From: Campylobacterota bacterium
GTDB taxonomy: Bacteria > Campylobacterota > Campylobacteria > Campylobacterales > Arcobacteraceae
Direction: 5' to 3'
Length of the DNA: 64,000 nucleotides
Assembly: GCA_034660335.1 (NCBI GenBank)
Contig: JAYEJC010000113.1
Coordinates: 13,731-77,730 of the forward strand
Shown: piece after piece, positions 36,322 through 46,241 of the stretch
Position numbering within the stretch: the first letter of the stretch is position 1
How the letters are laid out: the number at the start of each line of letters is the position of its first letter
Made by a program: the position numbers and the translations under genes
Notes under the pieces: generated by a model
Told to the model about the DNA's origin: nothing
Seen by the model: the letters and a program-made list of their open reading frames with translations, nothing else
Database searches by the model: none

Positions 36322-37170
36322 CTACAAAACTAAATCTAAGTAAAAAGTATAAGATTCTACTAATCCGCTGCTTGCATATATAGGTGTCATAGCAACATTA
36401 AAATTGACCTTTATATTTTCATTTGTTATAAATGTATGTGTTGATAGTATTGTTTTTTTTGTATGAATCGCTTTTAGCATTAATTTTTGAAAACTCTCAT
36501 CTTCACAACTATCACATCTTAGATTATTAATATTTTTTGATAAAATATCTTTTTTATCGTAGTCGAAAAAATTTAAAAACTTATTACTTACCTCTTCTAT
36601 ATTTCCCATTTTGTCAGTTTTTAGAGAAAATACAAAATTATCAATAATAGTTTCATAATAATTAACTTTTGCTGTTTTTATATCTAATTCTGATTTTAGA
36701 ACTTTTGTTTTTTTATCATTATTTGTAGTTTTAAGATATAAATCTTTTGCCAATGATTCAAGATTTTTTGATTTTCTATATTGTGCAACTAAATTTACTA
36801 TAGATACAGTTAATTCCCTAATCTGTATTGGTTTTGAGATATATTTATCAACATTTAAATCAATTGCATTTAGCAGATGCTTAGAGTCTGTATATGCTGT
36901 TGTTAAAATAACTGGTAAACTTGGTACTATCTCATTTATTTTTTTCACCATATCCAAACCATTTAGTTTTGGCATATTAATATCTGTAACAACAATATCT
37001 ATACTATCTTGATTCTCTTCAAATATTTTTATACCATCTAATCCATTTGTAGCTGAATATACTTTTTTAAATATTTTTTCAAATAAAGCTAATGATTGTT
37101 TCATAATCACTTCATCATCTTCAACATACAATATAGAGATAGTTTTTAACTCTTTTGTATTTAACTTCAT
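36322..37170 (-). CDS. response regulator (REC domain plus PAS-like C-terminal domain)
   Basis: REC motifs are YVEDDE, the phospho-acceptor VVTDINMP and KP. The C-terminal half is PAS-like with no DNA-binding motif. Confidence 0.75.
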   Translation of the reverse strand: MKLNTKELKTISILYVEDDEVIMKQSLALFEKIFKKVYSATNGLDGIKIFEENQDSIDIVVTDINMPKLNGLDMVKKINEIVPSLPVILTTAYTDSKHLLNAIDLNVDKYISKPIQIRELTVSIVNLVAQYRKSKNLESLAKDLYLKTTNNDKKTKVLKSELDIKTAKVNYYETIIDNFVFSLKTDKMGNIEEVSNKFLNFFDYDKKDILSKNINNLRCDSCEDESFQKLMLKAIHTKKTILSTHTFITNENIKVNFNVAMTPIYASSGLVESYTFYLDLVL

Positions 37171-37197
37171 TTTTTACCTTTTTTTATTTGCCATAGT

Positions 37198-38223
37198 TTA
37201 TGCATCAAATAATGATAAACTATGTGTATCTTTTGGTGGTGTTAATCTAAAAAGTTCATAACTCTTAACACTAGCTACTCTACCTCTTGCTGTTCTTTGA
37301 ATATATCCATTTGCCAAAAGATATGGCTCAATGGCCTCTTCTATTGTACCCTCATCTTCACTTAATGCAGCAGCTAGAGTACTTAGTCCCATTGGTTTTC
37401 CTTTGTTTGATAACAACAACTCCAAAAGTCTTAAATCCATCTCATCAAATCCTTTATCGTTGATTCCTAACTCATCTAAGGCATATTTACATCTTGATAT
37501 GTTGATATTATTTTCATCTTCAACTTCGGCAAAATCTCGAACTCTTTTTAAAAGTCTTAATGCTATTCTAGGGGTACCTCTACTTCTTCTTGCTATCTCA
37601 TAGCTTGCTTCATCTTTTGTTTGTTTATCTAATTTTATAGATGCTAGATTTACAATAGTTGCCAACTCTTTATCTGAATAAAAATTTAACCTAAAATTCA
37701 TACCAAATCTATCTCTTAAAGGACTACTAAGCATACCAGCTCTTGTTGTGGCACCTATTAAAGTAAATTTTGGCAAATCAATTTGAACAGTTTGTGCAGC
37801 AGGCCCTGAACCAATTATAATATCAAGACGAAAATCCTCCATAGCAGGATATAAAATCTCTTCAATAGCAGGACTAAGTCTATGAATTTCATCTATAAAA
37901 AGTATATCACCCTCTTCTAGATTTGTTAAAATTGCCGCTAGATCTCCACCTTTTTCAATAGTTGGTGCTGCTGTTACTTTTATATTTGATTCCATTTGAT
38001 TTGCGATGATATGACTAAGTGTAGTTTTACCTAGTCCTGGTGGTCCAAAAAGAAGTATATGATCCAATACCTCTTCCCTTTTTTTACAAGCTTTTATAAA
38101 AACTTGTAGATTTTTCTTAATTTTTTCTTGTCCTATATACTCATCCCAGATTGAAGGTCGAAGATTGCTCTCCATACTTTCATCTGAGAAAGATATCGTT
38201 TCTACTTCTACTAATCTTTCCAT
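37198..38223 (-). CDS. ruvB: Holliday junction branch migration helicase RuvB
   Basis: The motifs [12 protein letters not shown], Walker [10 protein letters not shown], Walker [10 protein letters not shown] and [16 protein letters not shown] are present. Confidence 0.95.
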   Translation of the reverse strand: MERLVEVETISFSDESMESNLRPSIWDEYIGQEKIKKNLQVFIKACKKREEVLDHILLFGPPGLGKTTLSHIIANQMESNIKVTAAPTIEKGGDLAAILTNLEEGDILFIDEIHRLSPAIEEILYPAMEDFRLDIIIGSGPAAQTVQIDLPKFTLIGATTRAGMLSSPLRDRFGMNFRLNFYSDKELATIVNLASIKLDKQTKDEASYEIARRSRGTPRIALRLLKRVRDFAEVEDENNINISRCKYALDELGINDKGFDEMDLRLLELLLSNKGKPMGLSTLAAALSEDEGTIEEAIEPYLLANGYIQRTARGRVASVKSYELFRLTPPKDTHSLSLFDA

Positions 38224-38293
38224 ATTTTAAATCTTTTTATTTTATTATATCAAAAAAAGTATATATAAATATGAAACATTACATTATGCAATA

Positions 38294-40099
38294 TTATTCC
38301 ATACCATCTTGAAACTTAACAACTTTATTTCTTCCTGTTTGTTTCGCTTCGTACAATGCAATATCACTTTGTTTTACATACTTCCAGAAATCATATGATA
38401 TATTTGGAAATAATGAAACACCAATACTTACAGTTTTGCTAAATGTCTCTGCACCTGCTTGTATTTTTTGTTGTGAAAATGCAATTCTAATATCTTCAGC
38501 AACTTGAATTAATTTCTCTTCTGTACAATCTGTGATTACAACAATAAACTCTTCACCACCAAATCTAATAACAACATCTTTGTCACTTACAACATCAATA
38601 AGTGTATTTGATATTGTTTTAATAGCAATATCACCAATATCGTGACCATAATTATCATTGATAAGTTTAAAGAAATCAATATCTACCATCATCAATCCAC
38701 ATGGTACATTTTTTAATGCACCATTATAAAGATTAGCATCGATATATTTTTCTAAATATTTTCTATTAAATAAGTTTGTTAAAGGATCAGTTTGAGCATT
38801 TTTTTCAAGTATTTGCATAAGTTTTTTACTTACAATTTCTGGTTTTGCTGTATCTACATAATCTTTTATAAAAGGTAACAATCCTCTTGTTCTATCGTGT
38901 TCCTCTTTTGTATCAAGTATAATTGAAACAATAAAATCTAAGTCATTAGATATAGAATAAGGTATACATATATAAAATTTATCCCCTTCAAATTTATCAC
39001 AAACATTTTTAAACTGACAAGAATCAACTGTTACATTTGTTTTATCAGCTCTACAACCTTTTGACACAGGGTCACATAAAATTTTATCATTTACATATAC
39101 TATTTCAGTTCGTTTATTTGTAGTGTCCGCTTCTATGAAATTAAAGTTTTTAATAGCAAATTTATCTTCTAATACAGTTGCAAATCTTTTATAAACTTCT
39201 TGAATATTCTCATCATGTTCTATGATTTTTCTAAATTTATAAAGATCAGCAAGTCTTGTTACTGTATTTTGAACATCCAAAAGTGGATCTTGAATAGTAT
39301 CTGATTTATGTGCAGATAAAAAGATATCTATTTTATCCTCTATCGTAATCAAACTACCTTCAAGTCTATTCATATGTTCATTTATCCAATGTGCTACATT
39401 TTTTGCTTCACCACTTTCAATACCCTCTATTCTTCCAGAATAATCACCATTATGTGCTTTTTGCATAACATCTTTAATTGATTCAAATATTGCTAAATAA
39501 GGAATTACTAGTCTTCTTACAAACCAAAGAATAATCAATATTAAAATAAATGAGATAGCTGAAGTATATGCTATAATTTTTGTACTTGTTAGTTTTAAAT
39601 CATCCATTGTAATAACCATAGAGATAACACCAAGCGTATCTCCAAGTTTTGCATCATGACAGCTTAAACAGTTTATATCTGAGGTTGTTTCTGCTGTATA
39701 TGGAATTGTTATACGATAAGTACTATGTCCAAATAGATTTTCATCAATAACTTCAATAGATTTTCCAGTATTTAATACTTGTTTATCAATATCGTCTTGC
39801 ACCATCTCTTTTCCTGCACCATATTGCTTCTCTACGGTTTTTGAACGAATAATCCAAAGATCATCTACATTTTCAAGGTGTTTAGTTTGGTTTATATAAA
39901 AACCTCTATTTTGCATAATACCATTAACCATATGTGCTGTTAAACCATTTTTGACACTTTGTGCTACCAAATCTGCCTTAGTTTTTGCACTATTAAAACC
40001 AAAATCTCTTAAGTTTAATGTTATATTAATAATCATAACTATAAACATTACAGACATTATAATCGCAATTGTTGAGATTATACTTTTTTTATTTTGCAT
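38294..40099 (-). CDS. diguanylate cyclase with periplasmic CxxCH (heme c-type, DUF3365/Tll0287-like) sensor domain
   Basis: The order is TM, periplasmic domain with CLSCH (39656-39670), TM, HAMP-like region, a Cys-rich middle domain and a GGDEF domain (RFGGEEF). Confidence 0.8.
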   Translation of the reverse strand: MQNKKSIISTIAIIMSVMFIVMIINITLNLRDFGFNSAKTKADLVAQSVKNGLTAHMVNGIMQNRGFYINQTKHLENVDDLWIIRSKTVEKQYGAGKEMVQDDIDKQVLNTGKSIEVIDENLFGHSTYRITIPYTAETTSDINCLSCHDAKLGDTLGVISMVITMDDLKLTSTKIIAYTSAISFILILIILWFVRRLVIPYLAIFESIKDVMQKAHNGDYSGRIEGIESGEAKNVAHWINEHMNRLEGSLITIEDKIDIFLSAHKSDTIQDPLLDVQNTVTRLADLYKFRKIIEHDENIQEVYKRFATVLEDKFAIKNFNFIEADTTNKRTEIVYVNDKILCDPVSKGCRADKTNVTVDSCQFKNVCDKFEGDKFYICIPYSISNDLDFIVSIILDTKEEHDRTRGLLPFIKDYVDTAKPEIVSKKLMQILEKNAQTDPLTNLFNRKYLEKYIDANLYNGALKNVPCGLMMVDIDFFKLINDNYGHDIGDIAIKTISNTLIDVVSDKDVVIRFGGEEFIVVITDCTEEKLIQVAEDIRIAFSQQKIQAGAETFSKTVSIGVSLFPNISYDFWKYVKQSDIALYEAKQTGRNKVVKFQDGME

Positions 40100-40147
40100 A
40101 CCTTTTATCCCTTTTAAAATTTTAAATTAATTGTATCTTTTTTTTCT

Positions 40148-40933
40148 TTAATAAGTTTCATCAATAGATGGAAAACTTTTATTTTCTACATCTTGAACAT
40201 ATCGTTTCACACTATTTTTTACCATTGTAGCACCATCTAGATATCTTCTTACAAATTTTGGTTTAAATTCATCAAAAAAACCTAACATATCGGACCATAC
40301 AAGAACTTGACCATCTGTATCAACACCAGCACCTATACCTATTACTGGTATTTTTACTGCTTCTGTTATAGCTTTTGCTGCATCAGGTTTAACACCCTCA
40401 ACAACCAATAAAAACGCACCTGCTTTTTCAATAGCTATAGCATCATGTATTAGCTTTTGAACATTTAAGTCATCTTTTCCTTTTATTTTATATCCACCTT
40501 CACTTCTAACATTTTGTGGCATCAAGCCTATATGTCCAACTACTGCTATAGAATTTGATGTAAGATATTTAACTATATGTGCTTTTTCTACACCACCTTC
40601 TATTTTTACTGCATCTGCTTGTGTTTTTTGATATACTGATATTGCATTTTTTAGTGCTAATGGTTCATTTACATATGTACCAAATGGCATATCACAAATA
40701 ATAAATGTATTTTTTGCACCATTGCATACAGCTTTTGTATGATAAAGCATTTGATCCATACCTATACTAAGTGTATCGCTGTTACCTGAAAAACTCATAT
40801 TTAAACTATCACCTACTAAAATAAAATCAACCTCTTCATCAAATAATTTTGCAAATAATGCATCATAAGCTGTAATCATTGTTAATTTTCTTACTCCTTT
40901 AGCTTTTTGTATAGAAGTAACTGTTTGTTTCAT
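40148..40933 (-). CDS. panB: 3-methyl-2-oxobutanoate hydroxymethyltransferase
   Basis: PanB motifs are present: LTMITAYD, LVGDSL, ADMPFG-like CDMPFG, VKIEGG and GHIGLMPQ. Confidence 0.9.
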   Translation of the reverse strand: MKQTVTSIQKAKGVRKLTMITAYDALFAKLFDEEVDFILVGDSLNMSFSGNSDTLSIGMDQMLYHTKAVCNGAKNTFIICDMPFGTYVNEPLALKNAISVYQKTQADAVKIEGGVEKAHIVKYLTSNSIAVVGHIGLMPQNVRSEGGYKIKGKDDLNVQKLIHDAIAIEKAGAFLLVVEGVKPDAAKAITEAVKIPVIGIGAGVDTDGQVLVWSDMLGFFDEFKPKFVRRYLDGATMVKNSVKRYVQDVENKSFPSIDETY

Positions 40934-40998
40934 AAATAAACCCTTTAGAATTTTATGGTAAGATTATACTAAAGAAATTATTATAAGTAGGATAAGAA

Positions 40999-41739
40999 TT
41001 GAAAAAATTAGTAGGATTTATAACATCATCATTACCAAACAACAATTTTACAGTAGATTTAGCACTTAGTATGAAAGATGCTGGTGTTGATACTCTTGAG
41101 TTAGGTATTCCATTTTCAGATCCAGTTGCAGATGGACCAATAATCGAAAAAGCTAGTTTAACAGCTTTAAAAAATGGTTTTAAATTAGATGATTTATTTG
41201 ATGTCAGTAGTAAAATTGCACCACATATGGATACATTATGGATGGGATATATGAATCCATATTTTCATTATGGGATTGAAGATTTTCTAAAAAAAGGTCA
41301 GCAATACAATATTCAAGGCTCGATTATTCCAGATCTTCCATATGAAGAATCAAAACCATTCAAAGAGCTATTTAAAAAATATGACCAAACTATTATAGAT
41401 TTTGTTGCTCCAACTGATTCTTTAGATAGAATCAAACTAATAACACAAAATAGCAACAAGTTTATTTATATGGTTGCTTATGCTGGGATTACTGGAAGTG
41501 GTGCTAGTGAAGATTTAACAAAAGTTATACAAAATGTAAGAAACTGTACAGATACACCAATATATATAGGATTTGGTGTTGATCAAAAAACAGCAAAAGA
41601 GAAAGCAAAAGGTGTAGATGGTGTTATAGTCGGTAGTGCTTTTGTAAAACACTTATTAGATGATAGTTTAAATTATAATGAAAAAATATCAAATATAACA
41701 CAAATCGCAAAAGAGATAAAAGAAAAAATAAATAGTTAA
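40999..41739 (+). CDS. trpA: tryptophan synthase alpha subunit
   Basis: LELGIPFSDPVADGPIIE and GFGV...GVDGVIVGSA are present. The start codon is TTG. It is not adjacent to trpB in this window. Confidence 0.85.
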   Translation: MKKLVGFITSSLPNNNFTVDLALSMKDAGVDTLELGIPFSDPVADGPIIEKASLTALKNGFKLDDLFDVSSKIAPHMDTLWMGYMNPYFHYGIEDFLKKGQQYNIQGSIIPDLPYEESKPFKELFKKYDQTIIDFVAPTDSLDRIKLITQNSNKFIYMVAYAGITGSGASEDLTKVIQNVRNCTDTPIYIGFGVDQKTAKEKAKGVDGVIVGSAFVKHLLDDSLNYNEKISNITQIAKEIKEKINS

Positions 41740-41781
41740 GCTTTTATAAATTAAGCTTATACTATACTTCCATTTTTAATT

Positions 41782-41858
41782 GACCCTGTCGTCTAGTTGG
41801 CCAAGGACTCATGGTTTTCATCCATGTAACGGTAGTTCAAATCTATCTGGGGTCGCCA
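41782..41858 (+). tRNA. tRNA-Glu (anticodon UUC)
   Basis: A manual cloverleaf fits: acceptor GACCCTG/TGGGGTC, D stem GTCT/GGAC, anticodon stem CATGG/CCATG with loop TT-TTC-AT, and T arm GGTAG-TTCAAAT-CTATC. The 3' CCA is encoded. Confidence 0.9.
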
Positions 41859-41913
41859 TATTTTAATCTAAATACAATCCACATAAACCCAATAAATACC
41901 TTGATTATAAGCT
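41845..41913 (+). repeat. 69-bp direct repeat copy 1 (tRNA-Glu 3' end plus 55 bp downstream); attL-like
   Basis: ATCTGGGGTCGCCATATTTTAATCTAAATACAATCCACATAAACCCAATAAATACCTTGATTATAAGCT is repeated exactly at 42867-42935. Confidence 0.85.
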
Positions 41914-42010
41914 AAGATGAAGAACGATGTGGGTATCACAGCTTAATAATCATAAATTTTAAGTATCTTTACGCGGCAGTTTACACTCATTTTTCTCCTA
42001 CGATTTGTTA

Positions 42011-42340
42011 TCATTTCAGTTTAATTAATCTTTGAAATAATATATCCTCTAAATTCCTACTCGAATCCACTACTAATAAAACATAAACTTTTGTATTGTC
42101 AATTTTATATATTATTCTCCACCTTTTGTGGATAATTTCTCTATATTTCAAAATGCCAATTTGTTGTAATTCTGGTACAATTCTTTTTCTTTCTGGGAAA
42201 AAATATAAATTATTACACTCTTTTTTAATTTCAAAAAATATTTTCTTTGCTGTACTTAAACTATCAGTTTTTATATATTCAATAATTAATTCTAAATCAA
42301 ATTGGGCACTTTTTGTCCATATGATTTCAAACTGTTTCAT
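42011..42340 (-). CDS. RelE/ParE family type II toxin
   Basis: This 109-aa protein has the ParE-like pattern WTKSAQFDLELIIEYI...GILKYREIIHKRWRIIYKIDNTKVYVLLVVD. It lies 9 nt downstream of the antitoxin gene. Confidence 0.8.
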   Translation of the reverse strand: MKQFEIIWTKSAQFDLELIIEYIKTDSLSTAKKIFFEIKKECNNLYFFPERKRIVPELQQIGILKYREIIHKRWRIIYKIDNTKVYVLLVVDSSRNLEDILFQRLIKLK

Positions 42341-42349
42341 TTAATTTTC

Positions 42350-42619
42350 TCAAAATAATTTTTGTTCTAAGTTGTTAAACATTTTTTCTTGTTCAATAAC
42401 ATTATTGTTTTCAATATCGTTTTCACCCTGAACAATTAATTTTAATAAATTTAAAGAATTTTGTAAATTTTCGTAACTTTTAATATCTTGAACAACTGCT
42501 TTTGCCTCACCATTTTGTGTTATGATTATTGCTCTTTGATTTTCATTTACATTATTTATAACATCAGCTGTTTTTGTTTTTAAATAACTAATTGGTTTTA
42601 TATCTTGACTTAAATACAT
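42350..42619 (-). CDS. Phd/YefM family antitoxin
   Basis: The N-terminal Phd/YefM pattern is ISYLKTKTADVINNVNENQRAIIITQNGEAKAVVQDIKSYE. Confidence 0.8.
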   Translation of the reverse strand: MYLSQDIKPISYLKTKTADVINNVNENQRAIIITQNGEAKAVVQDIKSYENLQNSLNLLKLIVQGENDIENNNVIEQEKMFNNLEQKLF

Positions 42620-42731
42620 TTAATTTACCTTTAAATTGAAGATAGTATATTGTACCAAATTTAGTTTTAATTTAGTATTAAAACTAAATTGTTTTATTTA
42701 TTATATTGTTTACAATATTCTTCTATTTCTG

Positions 42732-42866
42732 AAAAAGATTATTTAAACAAGATAAAAACTTATTATTAGAGTATGAAGAGCTCTTAAAAAATTTAGAATG
42801 AAATCAAAATTTAGGTACACATATTGGAGATGGTACTTACAAGATAAGAATACAAAACAATTTCCA
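42732..42866 (+). pseudogene. remnant of a RelE/StbE-type toxin gene truncated by the second att-like repeat
   Basis: Broken frames give ...EYEELLKNLE* and LGTHIGDGTYKIRIQNN, which matches the conserved G.YRIR core. The reading frame then runs into the tRNA-derived repeat at 42867. Confidence 0.35.
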
Positions 42867-42935
42867 TCTGGGGTCGCCATATTTTAATCTAAATACAATC
42901 CACATAAACCCAATAAATACCTTGATTATAAGCTT
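42867..42935 (+). repeat. 69-bp direct repeat copy 2 (attR-like)
   Basis: It is an exact copy of 41845-41913, including the last 14 nt of tRNA-Glu. Confidence 0.85.
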
Positions 42936-42968
42936 TTAAGATGATATAATAATCTAAAAAGGATTATT

Positions 42969-43445
42969 ATGAAAAATTTAACAAAAAATCTACTACTTGT
43001 ATCACTAATAGCTACACTAGGTTTTGCAGTACCTACTGCTAAAGAGAAGTTCACAAAAGCGGATAAAAATGGTGATGGCGTTTTAACATCTCAAGAGTTT
43101 TATAATGACCAAGCTAGAAAAATGATACAAAAAACAGATGAAGGTCGTGCATTAAAAGGTGCCTCAACTGCTCCTCAATTTAAAAATGTTGATATAAACA
43201 AAGATGGAAAAGTTACTTTCAAAGAGTATAATAAGTTTCATACAATTAGACAACAAGAGATGATGAATATTAGAAATAAAGGACAAAACTATTCAAAAAA
43301 CAAAGGTAGAGGAATAGATACTTTTAATAAATATGATATAAATAATGATGGTGTTATAGATAAAAAAGAGTTTCGTCAAATTTACAAAGAACTAAATAAA
43401 AACATAGGTCAAAACAAAGGAAAAGGTGGTGGATATAATAGATAA
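42969..43445 (+). CDS. secreted EF-hand calcium-binding protein
   Basis: It has a signal peptide and three canonical EF-hand loops: DKNGDGVLTSQE, DINKDGKVTFKE and DINNDGVIDKKE. Confidence 0.8.
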   Translation: MKNLTKNLLLVSLIATLGFAVPTAKEKFTKADKNGDGVLTSQEFYNDQARKMIQKTDEGRALKGASTAPQFKNVDINKDGKVTFKEYNKFHTIRQQEMMNIRNKGQNYSKNKGRGIDTFNKYDINNDGVIDKKEFRQIYKELNKNIGQNKGKGGGYNR

Positions 43446-43451
43446 ACTCAA

Positions 43452-43791
43452 AAGGTACAACGATAAGCTGAGTTTTGTAGTTAATAATAATTTATCTAGC
43501 TGACAATTTACATAGTCAATCTAGCGAAAAGGATAATTGTGAAGTTTTACCAATCTTTTCTTGCTGCAGGTTGGGTTTACATAGCCGTTAAGATTACTCA
43601 AAACGCTGGTGGGCTCTTACTCTACCGTTTCACCTTTTCTTCATCTCTAACCAAGAGTGAAGTAGTATACTTTCTGTTGCACTGTCCCTTAGGTTACCCT
43701 AGCCATCAGTTAGATGGAACCATACTTCACAGCAGCCCAGACTTTCCTCTTTGATTAAGTAAATAATCAAAGCTATTATTTGTCATACCTT
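43452..43791 (-). ncRNA. rnpB: RNase P RNA (bacterial type A)
   Basis: The minus strand reads ...TTGATTATTTACTTAATCAAA (P3) then GAGGAAAGTCTGGGCTGCTGTG, the universal P4 5' strand. Near the 3' end it reads ACAAAACTCAGCTTATCG. P1 pairs AAGGTA with TACCTT. The ends are approximate. The region is GC-rich relative to its surroundings, and the plus-strand ORF 43539..43754 is an artefact. Confidence 0.85.
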
Positions 43792-43915
43792 TGATGGAAG
43801 TATATCTAAATTTTCTTAAATTTATAACTAATTCAAATATATAAATAAGTTTTTCTATGATAATATATCATTAAATATTACAAAATAGTGACAAATTTTA
43901 TAAAAAGGTTGGAAA

Positions 43916-46189
43916 ATGTTTGGCAATATGACAATTAAGATGAGATTGGTTATTTTAACACTAATTTCTATTATAGGTTTAGCATCTTTAGCTGTTTTAC
44001 TAAATGTATCAATAAATACAATTGGTAAACTTGAAAGTGCAGAAAAAAAAGTTGGTGATTTAAGAGCTGATATGAGACTCTTAAGAATGCAAGAGAAAAA
44101 TTTCTTAGCAACAAAATCATTACAAGATGAAGCAAAATTTAATAAAGCGATAGAGGGACTGTATAAGAACACTACAAAATTAAAAGTTATGTTACAAGAT
44201 ATAGGTATAGATGACTCTAAAGTGGATCAATTTGTATCTATTATAAAAGCATATAAAGTTTGTTTTGTAAAAATTGTAAATAAACAAAAGGAGATAGGAC
44301 TCACTCCTACTGATGCACTATATGGTAGCTTAAGAGCATCAGCAAAAACTATGCAAGATATAACAAAAGAGATAAAATTTTACAAACTTTTATCATCTGT
44401 TTTAGAGCTACGAAAACATGAAAAAGATTTTATGCTAAGAGGTGATATAAAATATGTCTCAAAACTTGCAAAAAAAGCTGATAGTATGTATAAAAATATA
44501 TCTAAAAACAAAAAAAATTTCACACCTGAACAAAAAAAATTGGTTTTAGATTCGCTAGTATCATATAAAAAATCTTTTTTAGCACTTGCTAATGCACAAA
44601 AAGAGGTTGGATTATCACTAAATGATGGTTTAAAAAAGAAGATGAGAGATACAGTTGGAAAAACAACATCAGTTATAAAATCACTTGTAAAAACTATCAA
44701 AGCAGAAGTAAAAAGTACAGAAGACTCTACTATCACACAAGCATATATAATCGTATTTATCCTTGTATTAGCTGTAAGTATTTTAGCTACATTTATAGGA
44801 ACAAGTATCTTCAAAAGTCTAAAACAACTACAAGATGCTACAGAAGAGCTTAAAAACACTGGAAAAGCATCAAATAGAATTGATATTCAAAACAACGATG
44901 AAATAGCAGATATTTCAAAAAATATAAACTCTTATTTAGATGATATAGAAGCTGGTATTAAAGAGGATGAATTATTTATCAAAGATACTCAATCAGTGAT
45001 GCATAGATTAGGTAATGGATGGTTCTCAGAACATATCAAAGTAAATACAAATAATCCAGCCCTAATAAGACTAAAAGCAACAGTTAATCATGCACTAGAA
45101 CACTTAAAAGAGAGATTTGTTAAGATGAATACAATATTGGAAGAGTATTCTAAACTTGACTATAGAACAAAGCTTGAAATAGATGGTGTTGAAAAAGGTG
45201 GTGTATTTGCAAACTTAATTGAAGATATAAATATACTAAGAACATCTATAACAAAAACTCTTGTAGAGAATAAAGAGAATGGATTAACACTAAGTAGTAG
45301 CTCTCAATCACTTCTATCAAATGTTGATGTTCTAAACAAAAATTCAAATGAAGTAGCAGCAGCACTTGAGGAAACAGCAGCTTCTCTTGAGCAAATCACA
45401 AGCAATATTGAAAACAATACAAATAATATTGTTAAAATGGCTCAATATGCAAAAGAGGTGACATCTTCAACACATCAAGGTCAAAGCCTAGCAACACAAA
45501 CTACAACAGCTATGGATGAGATAAACAACGAAGTAACAGCTATCAATGAAGCAATAAGTGTAATAGACCAAATAGCATTTCAAACAAATATTCTAAGTCT
45601 AAATGCTGCAGTAGAAGCAGCAACAGCAGGTGAAGCTGGAAAAGGGTTCGCTGTAGTTGCACAAGAGGTAAGAAACCTAGCATCAAGATCAGCAGAAGCT
45701 GCAAATGAGATAAAAACACTTGTTTCAAATGCAACAACAAAAGCAAACAATGGTAAAAAGATTTCAGATGAGATGATAGATGGTTATCAAAGTCTAAATG
45801 AAAATATATCAAAAACAATTGAATTGATTCAAAATGTTGAGACTGCTTCAAAAGAGCAAAGATCAGGAATAGAACAAATCAACAATGCAGTAACACAACT
45901 AGACCAACAAACTCAAGAAAATGCAAACATCGCTTCACAAACACAATGTGTAGCACTACAAACAGATAAAATTGCAAATCTTGTAGTATCTGATGCAAAT
46001 AAAAAAGAATTTGATGGAAAAGATAATATTACTGCCAAACAACTTGATGCATGTGAAGTACAAACAACAAATATAACAAATAAAACAACTACAAAACCAA
46101 CACAAACTGCAACAATTGCAAAAGCGACACCAAAACAGATAAACCCAATAACATCAGATAACAGTGATGATGAATGGGCTAGCTTCTAA
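43916..46189 (+). CDS. methyl-accepting chemotaxis protein
   Basis: It has an N-terminal TM, a helical ligand-binding region, a second TM and a HAMP domain. The conserved signalling hairpin is [39 protein letters not shown]-terminal xWxxF pentapeptide is present. Confidence 0.9.
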   Translation: MFGNMTIKMRLVILTLISIIGLASLAVLLNVSINTIGKLESAEKKVGDLRADMRLLRMQEKNFLATKSLQDEAKFNKAIEGLYKNTTKLKVMLQDIGIDDSKVDQFVSIIKAYKVCFVKIVNKQKEIGLTPTDALYGSLRASAKTMQDITKEIKFYKLLSSVLELRKHEKDFMLRGDIKYVSKLAKKADSMYKNISKNKKNFTPEQKKLVLDSLVSYKKSFLALANAQKEVGLSLNDGLKKKMRDTVGKTTSVIKSLVKTIKAEVKSTEDSTITQAYIIVFILVLAVSILATFIGTSIFKSLKQLQDATEELKNTGKASNRIDIQNNDEIADISKNINSYLDDIEAGIKEDELFIKDTQSVMHRLGNGWFSEHIKVNTNNPALIRLKATVNHALEHLKERFVKMNTILEEYSKLDYRTKLEIDGVEKGGVFANLIEDINILRTSITKTLVENKENGLTLSSSSQSLLSNVDVLNKNSNEVAAALEETAASLEQITSNIENNTNNIVKMAQYAKEVTSSTHQGQSLATQTTTAMDEINNEVTAINEAISVIDQIAFQTNILSLNAAVEAATAGEAGKGFAVVAQEVRNLASRSAEAANEIKTLVSNATTKANNGKKISDEMIDGYQSLNENISKTIELIQNVETASKEQRSGIEQINNAVTQLDQQTQENANIASQTQCVALQTDKIANLVVSDANKKEFDGKDNITAKQLDACEVQTTNITNKTTTKPTQTATIAKATPKQINPITSDNSDDEWASF

Positions 46190-46195
46190 TAAATA

Positions 46196-46241
46196 TATCA
46201 TTATCTTTATTCAATTAAAGATAATGATACTCTACTTTTTT
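46196..46241 (+). terminator. terminator hairpin for the MCP gene, overlapping the tex 3' end
   Basis: A 14-bp stem TATCATTATCTTTA/TAAAGATAATGATA has a 6-nt loop. A T7 run lies 5 nt downstream. Confidence 0.5.

Noticed and set aside
41941-41988. 15-codon minus-strand ORF (MSVNCRVKILKIYDY) with an AGGAG Shine-Dalgarno sequence just downstream of parE
   Set aside because: It is too short to support from sequence alone. It may be a remnant of the lost island gene next to the att site.
43539-43754. 71-aa plus-strand ORF
   Set aside because: It lies entirely antisense within the RNase P RNA gene. Its GC-richness and open frame are explained by the structured RNA.
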